A stretch of DNA of 63,613 nt, filler included, from Dugesia japonica (taxonomy: Eukaryota): NCBI GenBank assembly GCA_001938525.1. It is 6 parts of 6 records of this genome, joined end to end, with 100 filler letters (N's around TTAATTAATTAA, not from the genome) between each part and the next. Parts side by side here need not be neighbours in the genome. Positions count along the whole stretch, not along the records: positions 1 to 9,966 come from MQRL01600955.1; positions 10,067 to 19,136 come from MQRL01634352.1; 4 more parts are not named here. One strand, 5' to 3'. The notes beneath the pieces are model-generated. The model did no database searches. It saw only the letters and a program-made list of their open reading frames with translations, and was not told where the DNA came from. Below, in pieces: positions 1-11,359 of this stretch (the first letter of the stretch is position 1; each line of letters opens with the position of its first letter). The position numbers and the translations under genes were made by a program.

Positions 1-462
1 GTCAAACGGTTTTAGGTCTAAGTCATCTAAGCTCAATTTACTGTTTAGGAAATAAGGAAGTTTGTCCAATGTTTTTAAACTTATGGAAAGCTTCGCTTCA
101 TTTCAAATTTTTTATAATTTTCAAATTTAAAACACAACCAAATGTGATTATCAAGAGACATATTAAATATGCTTCGAAGGTGACTAGACAGAAAAGATGA
201 CTTTAATGAATGTAACTGAAGATAGATAAATTATAATAACAAAAATTTAGGATTACATATTTTGTGTTTTATAAGGAGAATGGAATTATATAGAGGGTGA
301 CATTATAGAGGTTCGACTAAATTTAAGACATAGTTCCACAAACCCATGGCTAAGAATCCATGAAATATACCGTTACACTAAATATATTTTTACCATATTT
401 GATATAAATGTGTTATAGGTTTTTAATTTTAAGTTAAACTTTTCAATATATAATATCATTAA

Positions 463-695
463 CCCGTTAACGCACAATTTGATTTTGTTTTAGTGCAGAG
501 AGCTAAATGTTTAAAGAAGTCTAGAAGCAAATAACACAAACACTAAAATACGTCTGATAAAAGTAATACATGCCCAGCATAGGCATATTATTGTTTATTA
601 TTCTTATTCGAAAATTAGAATGGAATAAAGTTTAGGTAGAGTTCTAGAAAAATTATAAAGCGTGTCCTCAAAAGAGGACGCTGGATGCTAATGAG
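463..695. mobile_element. piggyBac-type MITE (degenerate)
   Basis: TTAA on both sides (459-462, 696-699); imperfect termini CCCGTTAACG / reverse complement CTCATTAGCA; internal palindrome CGTCCTC-like/GAGGACG near the right end. Confidence 0.45.
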
Positions 696-1297
696 TTAAG
701 TTTCAAGTATGTTTCTCTTGTGGGAGTTAAGTTGAACATTTGCTTAAATTTTAGCAATTGTAGAAATCAGAAAACAAATTATATTTTAATTTCAAATCTT
801 TAAATACATTTTATAAAAAATGAATATCAATACATCCTCCAAAGCAGTAAGTATTAAAATTAATAACAATTATCGGTGAACAATGCAAGTCACAGAGGAC
901 TCAGAGAATGACTTCCTCGTACGATTTTTTTATATTACAATTTTTTTTCATTCTTATTCTTGGTATTATTTATTTGTTTTTTATTTTATATTTAATATAA
1001 TAAAAGTTAATTGGAAATTTAATAAATTTAACTTGATGTTATAAATCTATATATTAAAATTATTATTCATATATTTTATTTCGCAGTAACCGTATTTACT
1101 ATTTTTAGTAATGAAATTAATTTAACATGAACATCGATTTCAATATTATTTTTATAAAATGGATTATTTATTCATTTTTACAAATATTAAGTTCAACTAT
1201 CTTTAATGAAATATATTAAATATTAATGTAAATTCTATGGGTACTAGAAAATAGAATTATTGTTAATTGAAAATACAAAACTATCTAAGCAAATTTG

Positions 1298-2169
1298 ATG
1301 CCTTTAAAATTGTGTACCAATACAAAAAAATTGACAATAATTTTATCACTAACATTAGCATATTTCTTTGCTGAATTAATTGTCGGTACATGGATAAAAG
1401 CTATATCATTAGTGGCAGATTCATTTCATATGTTATCCGATGTTGTATCTATAATTATTGGAATTATCGCAATTCGTCTATCAAAACTTCCGAAATCAGC
1501 AATGAATACATTTGGATGGCAAAGAGCAGAAGTTTTTGGTAGTTTAGTAAACTGTATTTCTTTGATGGCGTTATGTTTTACCATTTTTGTGTCTGCAATT
1601 CAACGACTTTTTGATCCGGAACGAGTAACAGATCCAATGACAATGCTATTTGTTAGTGCGGGTGGTTTAATAATTAATTTTATTGGCTTAGTTGTACTGA
1701 GTTCAACCCACACCCATAATGCAATTAGTAGCGTACCGATGAAAATACCAAATTATGTAAAATCTGTTGACAGCGATGGAGAAAGCACTTTAATAGTAAT
1801 AGAATATTATAGTGGTCAAATTTATTGTATTTCATTAGCCTACAGATAATCAAACAGAAAATGATAGTCACACTCAAACAGAAAGTGACAGTAACACTCA
1901 AACACTTGAAGCAGAAAAACCTTTACCCATTCAACCTATATTGATAATTAATGAAGGTTTAGTAAAATAAAACAAATTAACATACGGTAATTATGCTTTT
2001 TACATTTGCTAGAACAATCTATGAATATGAGTGCTGTTTTTCTACATGTTTTTGCAGACTTTGTTGGATCAATTATTGTTTTTTGCAGCGCCCTACTTTT
2101 ATTGTATGGACCGGGAGACGTAAATACAAATCAAGGCAAATATAAATTATATGTTGATCCATCATTAAG
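1298..2169 (+). CDS. SLC30A1: CDF-family zinc exporter, ZnT1/SLC30A1-like (partial; 3' exons not visible)
   Basis: Exons 1298-1795, 1839-1956 and 2013-2169 joined in frame by GT-AG introns of 43 and 56 nt. Motifs SLVADSFHMLSD, NTFGWQRAEVFGSL, NMSAVFLHVFADFVGS, YVDPSL (HD-HD metal site). Donor at 2170 runs toward an N gap. Confidence 0.92.
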
Positions 2170-3454
2170 GTAGGTTAACTGAAATAAATATTTTCGAAAA
2201 TACTGAGTTGTTTAATGATTTTANNNNNNNNNNNNNNNNNNNNNNNNNNNNNNNNNNNNNNNNNNNCTCACTCTGGAATGCTCGCATGTAAAATCTATTT
2301 AATTTTAGCTACTTATAATAGTAAGCATATTTTAATTTTTTTTAATTTGAATTCATCATTGTAATCGATATTAATATTTTATAAATTAAACTTATAATAA
2401 TAATAATTATTATTATTATAACAATAATGATAATAATTAATAATAATAAAACAGAAGTATAAAAGTCAATAATCATTTGTATAGGTTTTATTAGGTTAAT
2501 ATAATTTAATAAACTTGTAGTGTTATCATTTTATTTGAAGTAGTTTTATTTATTATTGTCTCTATTATTTTAATTATCAAAGGAATCTATTGAGCCCGGC
2601 ACTGTCTCCTGTCTCAATGTTGGGACAATCGGGATTTATGCTTTATTAATAATTCTTTTTTAAACCTTCGACAAAAATGTTTAACAAAATTAATAATTGT
2701 TTAACAAATTTTATTAACGAAAAACTATAAAGATTTACTGTTTTTATTTTTGGATAAGTGACAATTGAACTTAGATTTGTTTCTACTAGAAGAGTTCCTT
2801 TGGCTTTCTAAAGTTCTTCTTTTATATCTTTGCTTTGTGAAAATTTAGCTTTTTTGCTAATAATTCTAATAATCTAAGGTTCTTTCTTTCAATATTTTAT
2901 TGGCGGTTATCACGTTGTTTCAATTTCAATATTTAGTTTAAAGTTTGATTTGAATTTTATTTCAATTAATTATGTACTTTTATAACATTTGACGGTTGCC
3001 AAGTTTGTATTTTAAATTTAAATTTGTATTTTTTCTGTCAATCATATTTTTTGACATCTACTTCTATAATTTTTATTAAGAATATAAGAATAAGAATATA
3101 CATACACTCATGCGCGTATGTATGTACTTCATAAATTACATTAATGCATTTTTACAAAGAAACCGAAATAAAATAAAAATAGCATTACATGTTTGTTGGA
3201 ATTTGCAAGTGTCTGTGAATTAGAAAACTAATATACGATAACGGTTAATGGATTAGTTTCGGGTATGTAAAAAAATCCCAAAATTAAGGGCGTCTCAGAA
3301 TAAATTAGTTGTAAATATTTGAAAACAAATTTTGATTGGTAGCATTTANATGATTTCAATTGGACGGTCTTATCGAAATCTATATAAATTTAAATGACCT
3401 AACTGCGTAATTAGCCACTAATTTAAGTTGAATAAGATAATCAAATCGGTTCTC

Positions 3455-3733
3455 ATGAAAAAAACTTCAGAAAATTTTAATGGCGATGAAGCAATTATCT
3501 CATATGAATTAGCTTCGGAATATGGTACAATAGAAAAACTGTGTCCGAAGTACGGTTTTATTAAATGTCTTAGCAATGAAAATCAAGAAAAAAGATTATT
3601 CTTTCATTACACTGCAACTAAAAATCCTTTTGAAGAATTACAAGTTGGAGATAATGTTACTTTTCACAGAGGAATTTCTAAAGGAAAACCTCTCGCCAAA
3701 GATATAATATTTCAAAGTCATGTTGTGAGATGA
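3455..3733 (+). CDS. single cold-shock-domain protein resembling CSD1 of UNR/CSDE1
   Basis: GTIEKLCPKYGFIKC...RLFFHY...LQVGDNVTF...GKPLA matches the UNR-type CSD pattern; first ATG at 3455, 92 aa. Confidence 0.8.
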   Translation: MKKTSENFNGDEAIISYELASEYGTIEKLCPKYGFIKCLSNENQEKRLFFHYTATKNPFEELQVGDNVTFHRGISKGKPLAKDIIFQSHVVR

Positions 3734-4756
3734 TTAGTTCCAATGCTGTCAGTGAATTTTTTTTGAATCAAAATTAATGTTTAAATTTTTTTGTTAGAAA
3801 TGCTATTTCTTAATGAATTTAGCATAATAAAATTCTACAAATAATTTCCAAAATTACATATCTAAAGAATTATCACAACAATTACAATAGTGAAAGAAAG
3901 AATTCTTCTGAGGATTTTGTCATCTTCTGGTTTATAGTAAAAATCGATTCGCCATACATAAATTTATCTAAGGAATATTGACTCCCAATTATTAATTTCA
4001 AATATTTTATTTTATTTAATTCCATTTATTAATTTTAAATTGTCAAATCTCACGTTGCTAATTGATAAATTTAGGATTTGTTCTAACATAATTATTTCAA
4101 GTTTCATAATGTTGCTGGTTATTCACTTGATTTTTGTCACGATTTCCCTGATTGATTAAGATCTTGTTATGTGTACAATTAACGGTAGGATCAATTTTTA
4201 CTGACTATTTTTAAAGGACTTACATTCCAAGAAGTGCTTATATCAAAAGGTAATAAAAAATATCATTTAGGGTTTATTTTTGTGGCAGAGCTTTATTTCT
4301 TGAGAATTATGGTTTTAGTTGGGTTTTGAAAACTCATCGAATCATTAACATCAGAATTCAAATTCATTACAACGATTTATTAATATTAAAAAACTATAAC
4401 AACACTAATTGAGTTTTTAAACAAATTAAATTCTTGCTTTAAATTAGTGATCGTTTTTTAAGATTTTTTTAAAATCTATTTAAAATCATTTGATTTTTTA
4501 TTCAGATTTTAAAATAAATTTTCAATTTATTTGTTAAAATTTAATTTTAAAATTTAAAACAATTACTTATTAGTCATTTGATTTTTTATTAAGTTTTTTA
4601 AAAACAATTTTCTGTTTATTTATTAAAATTTAATAATTTTACGTTTTTTGCAGCCTGTTACTGGAGCACGAGTCACATAAAATGTCGTATTTAGTAGATT
4701 TTTATTAGATTACTGATGAAACCCTTGAAATCACCACTCAAGAATCAGAGCATATA

Positions 4757-5857
4757 TACATAATCGGTGCAAAAAAAAGGACACCTTGGTATACTATTCG
4801 TGGATATTCGCAAAATATACCCCATGCAATTTGTTAATAGTATTAATAATTAATGTTAACTTTGTTCAAAAATATTAGTTGAATTCTTCTGTATACATTT
4901 GTTTGGCGTCATTTTCAAAAGGACAGCAACAAAGTATATTCTGCATATATTTTACATTTTTATTTCAAGAAAGCAAATGTGTATGCAAAAATATGCAATA
5001 TATATGGTTCTGAAGCAGTAATAGAATGTCCTTGCCAAAATTGATATCAAAAATTTATTTTTGGAAATTTATCATTTTAAGATGTCGTCCTTTCCAGTAG
5101 GCCATTGGAAACACCTGAATTCCAAAAAAGGCCATCATTAAAGTTTGTAGACATCAAACTGTTTGTGAAATAGCTGGGCAGTTTAAACTATTAAAAACAA
5201 CTGTTAGTGATCAATTCAAAAGGCTTGAATGCCTAAGGAAGTTTGATATTTGGATTCCTCATCAACTTCAGAAAATTCATTTAATGTAAAGAATCAATGT
5301 GGAATACTCTGGAGACGTAATCAAACCAAATCATTTTGGCGATGAAAAATGGATTGTATACAATAATATTAAGCGCAAAAATCATGGTCTAAGGCCGATG
5401 AACAACCTCAAACAACACCATGGCTGAAACTTGCTATACAAATTCATATTGCCAATAAAGTAAGATTATAATGGAATTGTATATTTTGAAATCTTACCGG
5501 TTAAAACTACAATAGACTCAAATATTTACTGTCTGAAGTTAAACAAATTAATGTATTCCTTGCAGCAAAAAATTTCTGAAATCAGTAAATCATTGAGGTT
5601 TTGTTTTCGTTCACGACAACGCTAAACCTCGCACATTTTGTAAAACTCTTTGCCTGCGAAAACCCGTACCTTAGATAGCAGTATCAAAAATTACCTTTAA
5701 GCATATTTGCTGAACAAAATTAGACATTTAATGAAAAAAGAATCATGACAATGACAGAGAGATAGCAACAAATTATCGATAATAGAGGCTACTATGTTTG
5801 AAAATAAAAAATTTTTATGCTAAAACTTATGTTACGACTCAAATTTTTCTCAATATA
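4757..5857 (+). mobile_element. decayed mariner (Mos1-like) transposon
   Basis: Fragments WIPHQL (about 5251), GDEKWIVYNN (about 5338) and HDNAKP (about 5612) interrupted by stops and frameshifts; end coordinates approximate. Confidence 0.85.
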
Positions 5858-5889
5858 AACTAAACATTTAATATTTAACAATATTCATT

Positions 5890-6065
5890 AAAATAAAAGC
5901 TTCGATCAAATTTTTATTGTTTTTGATAATATTTCGAATTTTTGACTTAGTCTTCAAAATATTATCAAAAACAAAAATAATTTCATCGAAGCTTTTATTT
6001 AAAGGAAATCTGAAAAACGATCAATGGTTTCTTAAATAATTATTCTCGAAATAATTGTAATTGTA
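5890..6065. repeat. inverted pair of Penelope pLTR-like repeat fragments
   Basis: AAATAAAAGCTTCGATCAAA...TGATAAT is mirrored by ATTATCA...TCGAAGCTTTTATTT, then CGATCAATGG...ATAATTGTAATT shared with the copies at 17040, 31310 and 34590; truncated hammerhead at 5931-5957 (-). Confidence 0.7.
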
Positions 6066-6987
6066 AAATGTAAAATATTATTATTACGTAATGCTTCAAT
6101 AATGCTTCTTAAGGAAAAATTATTGAATTTATTTCCGTAAAAATAATTTTTACACCCTTATTCATTTCTGATAATTGAAATAAATTATAAATAGAATTGC
6201 TGTCTTTAAAAAGTGTAAATTTTATAAAAATTCATTTCCAAATTAAAAGTTTATAACTTATATTTAAATATTACTTTATATTATGAATTACTTTTCTTAA
6301 TATTTAAAAAAAAAAATTTGAAGTAAATCAATATTTTACAGTATTTTGATGGTTGTGATCATTATTTTACCGACATTTTCGCTAGGTGAGTTCAGTAATA
6401 CAGTGAAACTTTACACGACGACAAAATTAAACTTATTATCAAGGTAATTAGCATTTTACTAATAATAGTAATTATAATAATAATATTTAATTTATATTGT
6501 TATAGATATTTTCTTTAAAATTATTTTAAATATTTAACTGAATCAAATTAGATTAAATAGTTTATTTAAAATTTGTAAATAGTATATTTATTGTAATATT
6601 AATTTACGCAACAAATAATATTTTTTAGTATTAATTTATGATTGAAATATTTCACATCAAAATCCATATTAGATTGTTATNNNNNNNNNNNNNNNNNNNN
6701 NNNNNNNNNNNNNNNNNNNNNNNNNNNNTTTAAAAACATTTCATTACACTTAAAAAGATCAAAATCAAAAACCTGGTTGCAATTTATTTTTATTTGTTTA
6801 AAATTTTTAATTGGAAATAATTAAACAGGCCGAAGTAATTATTTAGGAATAAAAAACCAAAATTATGACATTTGTAAACTTATACTACTACTAATACTTA
6901 ATTTAATTTATATCGGATTCAAATAAACAAGACCCTAAGTGAATAAACGTAAACATTCCTGAGAATCGATTTAAATCCTTTATGGCT

Positions 6988-7739
6988 TGTGAGGATATTA
7001 TATATCTATTATAAATGGTTATTAAAACTGTGTGTTGCATAATTAATATTTGATAATGAGTTCAAATATTTTGTATGTTGTATAACAGATCTATGTTTGT
7101 TAGCTGATTGAGGTATGTTGATTGCTCAAATCATAATTACATATATATTTATTCCTCTTTTTTAGATTGTCATATTAATAAATATTATGGTTATGAAACA
7201 TACTTCTAACATGGCGACCACGCCAGGACATATGCTCAATTCCTTTGTTCCTATTCCAAAATCCTTTCATATTGGAAATGATGTGGAATAATTTTTAATC
7301 GAGATAACAAGATTTAATGAGCTTACAATGACTCAAGGTCCTGTTCAAAGAAAATTTATAAAAGCATTTCTTTCCTCAGATGCTGTTAAAAGATAAGAAT
7401 CCGTGGATGATTCTATTGAAGATTATGCCCAAAGATGCCGAAAAGCTTTTGAAGAACCAGCAAATATCGATAAAGAGTTATTATCTGCATTAAATTATCA
7501 AAAAGGAAATGAATCCATNNNNNNNNNNNNNNNNNNNNNNNNNNNNNNNNNNNNNNNNNNNNNNNNNNNNNNNNNNNNNNNNNNNNNNNNTTTTACAAAA
7601 TGCTGTTGAATATATGGATTTTAAAAAAGAAATAAAAATTCGAGGATTCAGAACAAATGAAGAAATGAAAGATATTATTTCAAAAATGGACAGTATCAAG
7701 AAGGAGCTTAATTTAGATATTAATGTTGCATCAGTTTAA
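6988..7739 (+). mobile_element. 5' end of a Gypsy-type LTR retrotransposon (LTR, PBS, gag relic)
   Basis: Putative LTR TGTGAGG(6988)...TCTAACA(7211); PBS TGGCGACCACGCCAGGAC at 7212-7229 (tRNA-Arg-like); gag-like MLNSFVPIPKSFHIGNDVE*FL...RKAFEEP with stops. The same LTR termini recur at 32172-33877. Confidence 0.7.
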
Positions 7740-8259
7740 ATCGAAAAGAAGAATTATGCAACATACAGTTTCATTAATCATTTATAATAGATATAAAATA
7801 TCTTTGCATGGCTGAAAATGTATTCATAGTGCTAGAAATAGAAGTAGCAAAGAGGTTTTATATAAAATAAAATGCAATTATAATTGTGAAATATCTAAAT
7901 TAATAAGAATGATGGTTAGACAATATCTTGGACCAGTAATCAATAACTTGTGATCGCAAACGAAAAATGGTTCACAGAGTGTAAATTATTGAGGATTCTT
8001 CGGACTGTAATAATTTACATAAAAATTTAAGGAATAAGAATATTTAGAACTCATATAAAAATAAAATTAATTTAAAATTTATTTCTTTTAATCAAAATTT
8101 TCTTTTTTATTACAATTGTATAACAAATGTTGGTACTTCCTTATTAATTCACCGGAATTAATTTTCTTTTAATTTTTTTTTATTTAATTAAATTGTAATA
8201 TTTTGTGATTTTTTTTTAATAACAAATAACTAAAACAAAAAATTATTTAGTTAGATAAC

Positions 8260-8545
8260 TGGGCACTTTCAACTTTCTACGATACTGTCTAAAACACAAC
8301 TATATCATGCAAAATTGTTTCGAACACATTTGTCTNNNNNNNNNNNNNNNNNNNNNNNNNNNNNNNNNNNNNGAACAGGGATGTCTTACTTGGTGACATC
8401 TCCAAAGATCTTGTCGATCCGTTAGCGATAAATCCATGAGATGATTGTTTACACAACTGATTACATTGTAAGTAATACCATGCTGTTGAAAGGTTTTTAC
8501 ACTGTTTTCCTTGTCATATGAACCACAGCTGACAACCGGAGAAAA
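8260..8545 (-). mobile_element. Merlin/ISXO2-like transposase N-terminal relic
   Basis: KTFQQHGITYNVISCVNNHLMDL...LWRCHQVRHPC zinc-ribbon pattern, broken by an N gap. Confidence 0.45.
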
Positions 8546-8789
8546 TTCATTACGGTATAAAACATTAATTTAATTATTTTTTAATCTAAATTTGAAAATT
8601 GATTTTTTTAATAAGTCATGAAAACATAATCTGATGAAAAGTATATTCATAAATTTGATCTTTACAAGACTGAATAGTAATAATACTCGAATTATTAGTT
8701 AGTTGTTTTTATTAATTTGTAAGTCGATTATCATGAATTCATTTAATTTTGAAACGAGAAAAATCGATTTAATTTCAAGTATTCTATAC

Positions 8790-9713
8790 CTATATATTGA
8801 CATTATAATTCTCCAAGCTCCTCAATATGTACGAGGCAGAAGGACGATCATCAGGTGACTTTATTAATAGTGATCGAATTAGATTTGCAATAAATGGGTC
8901 AAGATGACAAATAAATATTTCAGTGATTTCTTCATTAACTGTCATTTCCGTAATTTTATCATTAGTAATTTTATTTGCGTTAAACAGATGATGGCCAGTA
9001 TAAACAACATGCATAACAACTCCGCATGCCCAAATATCAACGGCTGGAGTTTGTGGATGGTTTAACAAAATTTCTGGAGCCATATATCCTCTTGTTCCAA
9101 TTAATTTTGATTTAGGCTTCATTTCATTGTATCTTTCTGCAATTCCGAAATCGATCAATTTCACTTTTGAAAGAAAACCATTTTTCTTAAAACAAACAAT
9201 ATTTTCCAATTTGATATCGTGATGGATTATCGATATCGAATGCAAATATTCAACAGCACTAAATATCTGTATCATGGTTCTTAATGCTTTAAAATTAAAT
9301 AATCTACCATTATTCTGAATTTCTGTACACAAATCTCCTCCATTCGCATATTCATAAATCAACGATTTATCAACTTTACAATATTCAATGAATTTAATAA
9401 TATTTTTATGATCACCAATTTTTCTCATGATTTTCAATTCATTCTTCAAATAATTCTCTCGTTCATATGTTTTCTGAATGTAAACTTGTTCTGTTTCTAT
9501 ATTAATTATCAAATTAATAGTCGATTCTTTTTCAGAAAATAAAACTTCGTGAATTACATAAACATTATTTATTAAGGGTTTTTTACGAAAATTATCATTT
9601 GTAAAAATTGAACCGAATAAAGTGTTTTTTAGTCTTTCAAAAAAATTCAGTTTATTTTGATTTTGTTTTGGTGATTTATTATATTCATTTCGCAAAAACA
9701 TCTGTTTCAACAT
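8790..9713 (-). CDS. intronless Ser/Thr protein kinase, CAMK-like, divergent
   Basis: 307-aa ORF with YEYANGGDL, IIHHDIKLEN, KLIDFG, GTRGYMAPE, DIWACGV and RPSA. Confidence 0.93.
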   Translation of the reverse strand: MLKQMFLRNEYNKSPKQNQNKLNFFERLKNTLFGSIFTNDNFRKKPLINNVYVIHEVLFSEKESTINLIINIETEQVYIQKTYERENYLKNELKIMRKIGDHKNIIKFIEYCKVDKSLIYEYANGGDLCTEIQNNGRLFNFKALRTMIQIFSAVEYLHSISIIHHDIKLENIVCFKKNGFLSKVKLIDFGIAERYNEMKPKSKLIGTRGYMAPEILLNHPQTPAVDIWACGVVMHVVYTGHHLFNANKITNDKITEMTVNEEITEIFICHLDPFIANLIRSLLIKSPDDRPSASYILRSLENYNVNI

Positions 9714-9966
9714 TTATGGTAATATTAATGGAGAAATTCTAGGTATAGAAAAATATTTTATTGTAAATATCATATATTTGATAAATATTGCGTAATAACT
9801 ATATTATTATTAATACCGGAATTTTATTNNGAGAAATTTTATTCAGATTAATTTCAGTATTAGTATAATTTTTTTGCAAAACATATTTTCTGAAATATCA
9901 ATAATTTCCATTGAAGATGAACTCATTTTAAAATATTAATCGTATATTCTACTCACTATAATAATT

Positions 9967-10066
9967 NNNNNNNNNNNNNNNNNNNNNNNNNNNNNNNNNN
10001 NNNNNNNNNNTTAATTAATTAANNNNNNNNNNNNNNNNNNNNNNNNNNNNNNNNNNNNNNNNNNNN
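9967..10066. other. artificial scaffold-joining linker (N44-TTAATTAATTAA-N44)
   Basis: Same spacer with stops in all frames at 9967-10066, 19137-19236, 31734-31833, 46768-46867 and 55166-55265. Confidence 0.95.
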
Positions 10067-11113
10067 ATTTATAATAAATATTTTCAAAATCAGTAAATCA
10101 TAGAAACAGGAAATTTATTTGTTTAATAACTAATAAAAAATATTTACTTTAAATGTAGAATTTGTCTCAGTAAATTCAATTCTTAAAACATGAATTTGAT
10201 TGGATGAGATTTCATATAAAATATGCTTTGACCAATTTATTGATTTGATTTGTTTGATTGCTAATATGATNNNNNNNNNNNNNNNNNNNNNNNNNNNNNN
10301 NNNNNNNNNNNNNNNNNNNNNNNNNNNNNNNNNNNNNNNNNNNNNNNNNNNNNNNNNNNNNNNNNNNNNNNNNNNATTTATTGCATGATTAGTATTTTAT
10401 AAAAAAATATTTTCCACCCAATATTTTTCATTCAATTTGTGGTCAAAGACTTGAAAAATCTTTGCCGATTTAGGAGGAGTGTCATGTTTTATGGAAAACT
10501 AAGAATATAAAAAAATTGTTAAAAGGTATATTAGGTAACAATTATATCTGTATATACTTTAATCGTGTATAGTAATCACCCAATTGACCCGGTTATACAA
10601 TCAGATATACATTATCTCATTCAGATGTACAAGCAATTATACTTTTACATAAGTGTTTAATTTTTATTAAATTAATTAATATATTCGAACAATAATAATA
10701 CTAAAAATAATAATAATGGTAATAATAATTAAATGCGTATGTAATAAACGACGGTAAATGCTTGATAAAAAANNNNNNNNNNNNNNNNTAAAATAAAACG
10801 TTAATGTTATATTTCGACGTATCAACATTTAGTCGTAAATGCCAATATTTGACTAGACACAGGCCTGCAAAATGGTCAAGAATCCAAAGTCAATTGTTAT
10901 CAATTCAATGCATGATTTTAGATTAAGCTTTAAATTAAATCATTACAGAAAGTTATTACTTATTATCATTAAAGAAAATCATTACCGCTTAGTAAAAATC
11001 ATTACAAAAATTATTACCATTAAAGTAATTATTGTCAAAGTTCATTAAAAAAACTTGTAGATATATTTATATAAAGAATAACCTTCGATCAAAATAAATG
11101 AATTTGTAAAAAA

Positions 11114-11147
11114 GTTCAAGTTTTCGACAATAGTCCTCTTCAGTAAC
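11114..11147 (-). ncRNA. minimal type I hammerhead ribozyme (Penelope pLTR repeat)
   Basis: Minus strand GTTA-CTGAAGA-G-GAC-TATT-GTC-GAAA-AC-TT-GAAC. Confidence 0.7.
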
Positions 11148-11359
11148 ATGACGACTTNTGGATTGATTCAANGCAATAGATCTTTGTTACTCAATTNTCT
11201 AGATTTTATCGGATTTTTATTGGTTCATTTTAATTATGAATTTTAATCTTATTTTTAAATTAAATTAACTCTTAAAACTTTTTAAAAAAAATTTTTTTTA
11301 TTAATTAAATTGAAAAGTTTTTCAGATATTTAATTTTTTTAGTTGTTTTTATATAATGT

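Noticed and set aside
4713-4731. CTGATGA...GAAA as a hammerhead core
   Set aside because: No stem II or stem I pairing.
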